A DNA stretch of 64,000 bases. It comes from Prorocentrum cordatum (lineage: Eukaryota). A program made the position numbers and the translations under genes. Shown here piece after piece: positions 58,780-64,000 of the stretch. Below the pieces are notes generated by a model. The model saw nothing but the letters and a program-made list of their open reading frames with translations. It did not search any database and was not told the origin of the DNA. Position 1 is the first letter of the stretch. Each line of letters starts with the position of its first letter. The DNA lies in NCBI GenBank assembly GCA_963575745.1, contig CAUYUJ010000015.1, positions 186,001-250,000 on the forward strand. The letters run 5' to 3'.

Positions 58780-59090
58780 CTCCCAGAACTCCACTCCCGG
58801 GCCGCATTTTGGATGCCCGGAGCCAGCTGTAGGCCACTTCGTGCTCTTCGACTTCCCAGAACTCCATTCCCGGGCCACATTTTGGATGCCCGGAGCCAAC
58901 TGTAGGCCACTTCGTGCTCTTCGATTTCCCAGAACTCCATTCCCGGGCCACATTCTAGATGCCCGGAGCCAACTGTACAAGTTCCCAGAATTCCATTCTT
59001 GGGCATGATTTTGAATGCCCGGAGCCAACTGTAGGCCACTTCGTATTCTTCTAGCTCCCAGAACTCCATTCCTGGGCCACATTTTGAATG
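58780..59090. repeat. Tandem ~73-bp repeat, ~4.5 copies
   Basis: Unit CCCAGAACTCCATTCCCGGGCCACATTTTGGATGCCCGGAGCCAACTGTAGGCCACTTCGTGCTCTTCGA. Confidence 0.9.
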
Positions 59091-59094
59091 CTAA

Positions 59095-59415
59095 GGCAGG
59101 CTGATGCTGCGGCCGAGGCAGGCTGAGGCTGAGGCAGGCTGAGGCTGAGGCCGAGGCTGAAGGCAGACTGAGGCTGAGGCTGAAGCAGACTGAGGCTGAG
59201 GCTGAGGCAGGCTGAGGCTGAGGCTGAAGCAGGCTGATGCTGAGGCAGGCTGAGGCTGAGGCTGAGGCTGATGCAGGCTGAGGCTGAGGCAGGCTGAGGC
59301 TGAGGCCGAGGCTGAAGGCAGACTGAGGCTGAGGCTGAAGCAGGCTGAGGCTGAGGCTGAGGCAGGCTGAGGCTGAGGCAGGCTGAGGCTGAGGCTGAGG
59401 CAGGCTGAGGCTGTG
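59095..59415. repeat. (GCTGAG)n / GCAGGCTGAG minisatellite
   Basis: Direct reading. Confidence 0.95.
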
Positions 59416-61319
59416 ACTGCGACTGCCGTTACCGCTGCGACTGTCATCGCGAATGCGATTACGACTGCGAGAACAGCAGATTTCGACAACTGGATTTTCA
59501 TCTGAATCTTAAGGGGAATGCTTTCATATATGCTTCTACACATCGCTGTTAGGTTGCTTTGCCGGGATAATTTGTTGGGAACGCTCCGGCGCAGAGCGCG
59601 AGGCTTCGAGCCGGCGCGTCCCCTATTCACATGCAATTCCTGCGGCGTTTCTTCGTCGCTCATGACACGAGGCAACTTCGCGACAATCGTCGCGCGCGGC
59701 GTGGCGTCGCCGCCCACGGACACGTCCAACGGAACACCGCTTGTTTTACACTTAGCGCCACCCGCCCTGTTGTGTTTTTTTTTATTTTTATAAACATGAC
59801 ATTTATATTCAGCTTGATGGATTGCCCAATCCTACCTGGCATGTCTTTTATCTCGTCACACCGCGCGGTGCTCAGCGCGAACCACGCGTCTTCGTTAGAT
59901 TGGGGAGTCATCAATTTCAGCGGCGCTCCAATGCATAACATCGACCCCGCGACAACCCTTGCCCTTCGAGGGGGTCGCGCGGCTGGTCCCATCAGATTAA
60001 GAAGTAATGCTCCATAATTCGGTCATGGGGCATGGGCGCACTTGAAGTTGGCGGCGCATAGACTCCCTGAACGGCTCGGTCGTCTTGCCGCGCGAACAAA
60101 GACACGGCCCAGGCTTGCGCGCCCAATTGCCGAGTGCCATGCCATTGCCCAGCGGCGCGCGCATGCAACTCAGAACGGTGCCATGCACATTCTCTTTGTT
60201 GGCGACATTTGTTTTCGCGCGCCCTGCGCCGCGAACTGCGCGGGATCTCGCTTGGCCAGCCATGGCCCCGCACATATTTTTAGGTAGGCCCACGGCGGCA
60301 AGTCCGCTCGCAGACGCGGACGTTCACCGTTGTGGGCGGGCACAAATCGGCCACGGTTGCGCGTAGGTCGCGCGCGCGGCAGTGCGACGCGACCGCGTTC
60401 GCAGGCGCGGGCCATCGCGCCGTCGCGCGCCAGGGTTGCGCGTCGCGGGGGGGGGGTCGCTGCCCCGCGGCGCGTGCGCTTCGCAGGTGATTTGCTAGCG
60501 CCGGGGTTGCGTCGCCGCGGGGGGGGGTCGCTGCCCCCGCGGCGCGTGCGTTTCGCAGGCGATTTGCATTTGGAGGAGGCGCCGCGCGCGCGCCCCGCGC
60601 GCGCGCGCGCGCGGCGGGTGCCTCCCTGGCGCGCGGCGGGTGCCTCCCTGTCGCCCCGCGCTCGGGTTTTGAGCGTGGGGCGCGCCGCGCGCGCGCGCGC
60701 GCCGCCGCCGTCGTTCGCGGGCTCCTCCTCTCCTCCTCTCCTCGCGGGTCGCCTAGTCTCTCTCTCGCTCTCTCCTGCTTGCCTGCCCTCCGTGCTCGTC
60801 CCTCGTGGCCTGTTCGCTCCCCCGCTGCTCGCTTGTGCTCGTTGCCCGTCGTGCCCTGCTCGTGCGCCGTGGCTGCCCCTGCTCTTCGCTCGCCTGCGCG
60901 CCCTTGTGTTTGCTCGTCGCCGCGTCCTTTTTCGCGTCCGCCTTTGTCGTCGCCTTGTCGCCCTCGCGTTCGGCTGTCGCTGTTGCCTCGCGTGGGGTCG
61001 TCCCGGCTTGTGCTTGTCGGCGTGCTTGCTCGCTCGCTCGGCGTCCCGCTTGCCTCGCTTTTCCCGTCGCCGTCGCCCCTGCGTGCCCCCTTTGCTTTCC
61101 CTTCCGCCGCCTGCCGCTTGGCGCCTGCCTTGCTGCTTCTGCCTTCGTGCCTGGCGGTTGCCTGCTTGCCTGCCTGCTCCCTCGTCGTTTTGCCGGTGGC
61201 TCGTCTCCCTCTTGGGCGCAGGCCCTCGCTGGCGCGGGCCCTGTGGGCACTTCGCTCGCGTCGCCTTGGCCTTTCGGCCAGGCTGCGTGCCAGGCTCGCG
61301 GCAAGGGCGCTCCTGGTCT

Positions 61320-62090
61320 CGGGTAAGGCGCAGGCCCCAGGGCCAAGTTTCGCGTGGGGGAGGGCGCAGGCCTTAGGATCCCTGTGTTTTGGGTCGGGCG
61401 CTGGCCCCAGGACCCTATCGCGCGCAAGGGGGAGGGCGCATCCCGTTGATCCCTGTCTTGGGTAGGGCGCAGGCCCCAGGGCCCGATGGTCCGAAGGGGG
61501 GAGGGCGCATCCCGTAGATCCCTGTCTTGGGTAGGGCGCAGGCCCCAGGACCCAGTGGTGCGAAAGGGGGAGGGCGCATCCCGTTGATCCCTGTGTGTCG
61601 GGTAGGGCGCAGGCCCCAGGACCCAACTGTGCGAAAGGGGGAGGGCGCATCCCGTTGATCCCTGTCTTGGGTAGGGCGCAAGCCCCTGAACCTCGTCTTG
61701 CTGGGCACCGCTCTCCTCGTGGGTCGGCCCGCGGGCCTTGTCTCGGGCAGGGCGCTGGCTTCTGGCTCCTCGTCTTGTGTGGGGGAGGGCGCTGGCCCCT
61801 GGTGCCGTGTCTTGGGTAGGGCGCAGGCCCCAGGAGCCAATCGTGCGAAAGGGGGAGGGCGCATCCCGTAGATCCTTGTCTTGGGTAGGGCGCAGGCCCC
61901 AGGACCCATTTGTGCGAAGGGGGAGGGCGCATCCCGTTGATCCCTGTGTCGGGTTGGGCGCAGGCCCCAAGACCCCGTCTGGCTGGGCTCTGGCTTCTTC
62001 TTGGGAGAGCTCCCGGGCCTTCTCTTGGGTTGGGCGCAGGCCCCTGGTCTTCCCCCTCTCGTGAGGGGCGCAGGCCTGGTCGCCACCTCT
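61320..62090. repeat. Tandem ~69-71-bp repeat array (about 8 copies plus partial copies)
   Basis: Unit GGGTAGGGCGCAGGCCCCAGGACCCA...GTGCGAAAGGGGGAGGGCGCATCCCGTTGATCCCTGTCTT. Confidence 0.9.
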
Positions 62091-62190
62091 TGGGGTCCCG
62101 CGCAGTCTCCGTCCTGTGCGCGCTCGCACCGGCAGCTCGCCGAGTTCGGGCGCCCAAGCTGTCTCGCGCCGCGCGGCACCGCTCTTCGCG

Positions 62191-63745
62191 ATGGGCGACC
62201 TCGGCAGTTTTCTTGGCGCCTTGGACGGCGCGTCGGCGCACGAGGCCGGTTGGCTCGAAGCCACGGTGACCGCGCTCAAGGGCCAAGGTGTGGTGACGAT
62301 CGCCGATTTAGAGGGCGCGGCATTCGAGGGTTTCTCTTTTGCCGACAAGGAGCTCGACGCCGCGCAGAAGCGCCTCGTGCGCGCGGGGATCGCCGCGGCG
62401 AGCACGCCGGCGCCGGTGGCTGGGGGCTCGGCGGCGGCCGCCCCTCCAGCGCCCTCGGCGGCGGAGAACGCGGCCGCCCTCTTGGCCGCGCTCAAGACGG
62501 GCACCAGCGAGGCGCAAGCGATCTCGACGCGATCTCGGGCTCGCGTGGCCCCGCGCGGCGCGTTCGCAGGAAAAGCCGGCCCGCGTACTCTTGGGCCCTC
62601 TCCTCGGCAAGGCGTCGCTGGCCAACCTCCCGCAAGAGTTCTGGCCCAGGCGCGCTCGCGCGCGCGCGCGCTGGTTCTCGCATCTGGTCCCGTGCGCCGG
62701 TAGCTCCGACATGCTTGACGCGTTGAACGCGGAAGTCTTGAAGCGGCAGAAGAAGGAATCCAGCGAGGAAGCGCGCGTCTTCCTGTACTCGGACATCCGC
62801 AAGTGGGTGCCCGAGTGGGCCCGCTCGGGCCCTCGCGATTTCGAAGAGGAGGCTGACGGATCGTCCGGCGCCAGCAAGGACATTCGTGACCTCGCCAAGG
62901 CTCGTGCCGCGCGCGCGTTGCCTGGCCCGCGCGCGGGCGCTCGCCCCGCAGGAAGTGGCGGCGGTGAAGAAAGGGCCCGAGAAGAAGGCCTACTTAACCC
63001 TCTGCCAGTGGCAACTGGCTTGGAACCGGCGCCACCTGCCCGTCGCGCGCCCCCCCCGCGCGCCTGCCTGTTATCGCGCCGCGCGCGGCAGGTACATGGT
63101 CGCGCTGGTCGCCACGGGCCAGCTCACGTGGGCTGAGGTGCAGGCGCATCGCGACAACTGCTTGATGGTGGCGGTTCAGGCTGCGCGCGCGCGATTTCTC
63201 GTCGCTCTCTGTTCGCCGCGCGTTGCCGCGCAGGCGGCGGCCTCGAAGCGCCGCGTGCACCTCGGTATCGTGTACGACGAGGAGGCGCGGAAGGCGCGCC
63301 CCTGCGTTCATGCTTGCGCGGCGCCCTGCTTCTGTGCCGGCGCGCGGCAGCTATGGGCCGAGCAGCTACGCTCGGGGGACCCAGATTTCAAGCTGGGAAA
63401 GACGATCCTGCGGGTCGACCCGCGCGCCCTACAGCTGGCGCGGGATGCTTGCGACAAAGAAGACGGCGCCACCCACGCGACGGCGAGCGTCGCGCCGCGC
63501 GGATTCGCTTCTGCCACCTTTCTCCGCCGTTTCCGCGCGCGCAGGCACCGGCGGCCCGCGCTCCCGAGAAGGCGCGCGGGGCGGGCGGCGCCAGCCAGCC
63601 GTGGCGCGCCGCGCAGAGCTGGAGCAGCGGCTCCTGGGGCAGCGATTGGCCGAAGGGCCAGAAGCGCGAGCGCTCGTGGGGCAGCGATTGGAAGAAAAAG
63701 GACACGAGGAAGGCACGGACGCCGCCGCGCCCGGCGCAGCGCTGA
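62191..63745 (+). CDS. Spliced ~384-aa protein, Gag-like (possibly DIRS/Ngaro ORF1); exons 62191-62511, 62570-62649, 62704-62899, 62952-63028, 63092-63179, 63234-63293, 63351-63482, 63545-63745
   Basis: Seven GC..AG introns of 58, 54, 52, 63, 54, 57 and 62 nt join four ORF frames into one 1155-nt frame from ATG to TGA; motif W..AWNRY..A....W.....H...GIVYDEEARKLWA. Confidence 0.65.
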
Positions 63746-64000
63746 GCGCCGCCCTGGCAGGGCGCGCGCGAGCCCCCGTAGGGGTGGAGCCCCTTCAGCC
63801 GTCAGAACGGCTCGCGCGCAAAAGCCTGCCTCCGCCCGCGCCGGGTCGGGGCCGCGACCCGGGCGCGCCCGATAGTTCTACGCTTTGTCGCTAAAAATGG
63901 CCCCGTGCGCCGTGCGCAGGACCCCCACTCGCGTGCTGGGACATGCCGCGTGCGCTGTTGCCGCGGAGGCCGCTTCGCTTTCCGCGCCGCGCTGCGAGTG

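Noticed and set aside
60280..62504. Long ORFs of 668 and 583 aa on the minus strand
   Set aside because: They are translations of a GC-rich tandem array with no recognisable domain, and they overlap the better + strand gene model.
63572..63616. Eighth GC-AG intron in the Gag-like gene
   Set aside because: It is 45 nt and in frame, shorter than the other introns and not needed for the frame; cannot be decided without RNA data.
1..64000. rRNA, tRNA or a genuine SL RNA gene
   Set aside because: No recognisable rRNA or tRNA; both SL copies are followed by ATG rather than the SL RNA intron donor, so they are retroposed relics.

Overview
Eukaryotic, GC-rich, repeat-saturated DNA, most likely a dinoflagellate nuclear genome (inference from two near-perfect dinoflagellate spliced-leader relics and GC-AG introns). 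Most listed ORFs are artefacts of microsatellites and high GC. Supported content: (1) a largely intact, 5'-truncated non-LTR retrotransposon (RT, Zn finger, RNase H) between two (CCT)n tracts; (2) at least four decayed LINE relics, two starting exactly at a spliced-leader copy; (3) a host FHA/RINGv/FHA gene whose only two introns are TIR- and TSD-bearing Introner-like elements that splice out precisely; (4) a Gag-like gene rebuilt by removing seven tiny GC-AG introns; (5) a decayed CACTA/EnSpm-like transposase; (6) several hairpin-rich satellites, a SINE-like insertion with a 17-bp TSD, and dispersed repeat families. Conserved motifs in the LINE relics appear to have decayed mostly by A>G/T>C changes. 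All domain calls come from motif recognition by eye; no database search was run.
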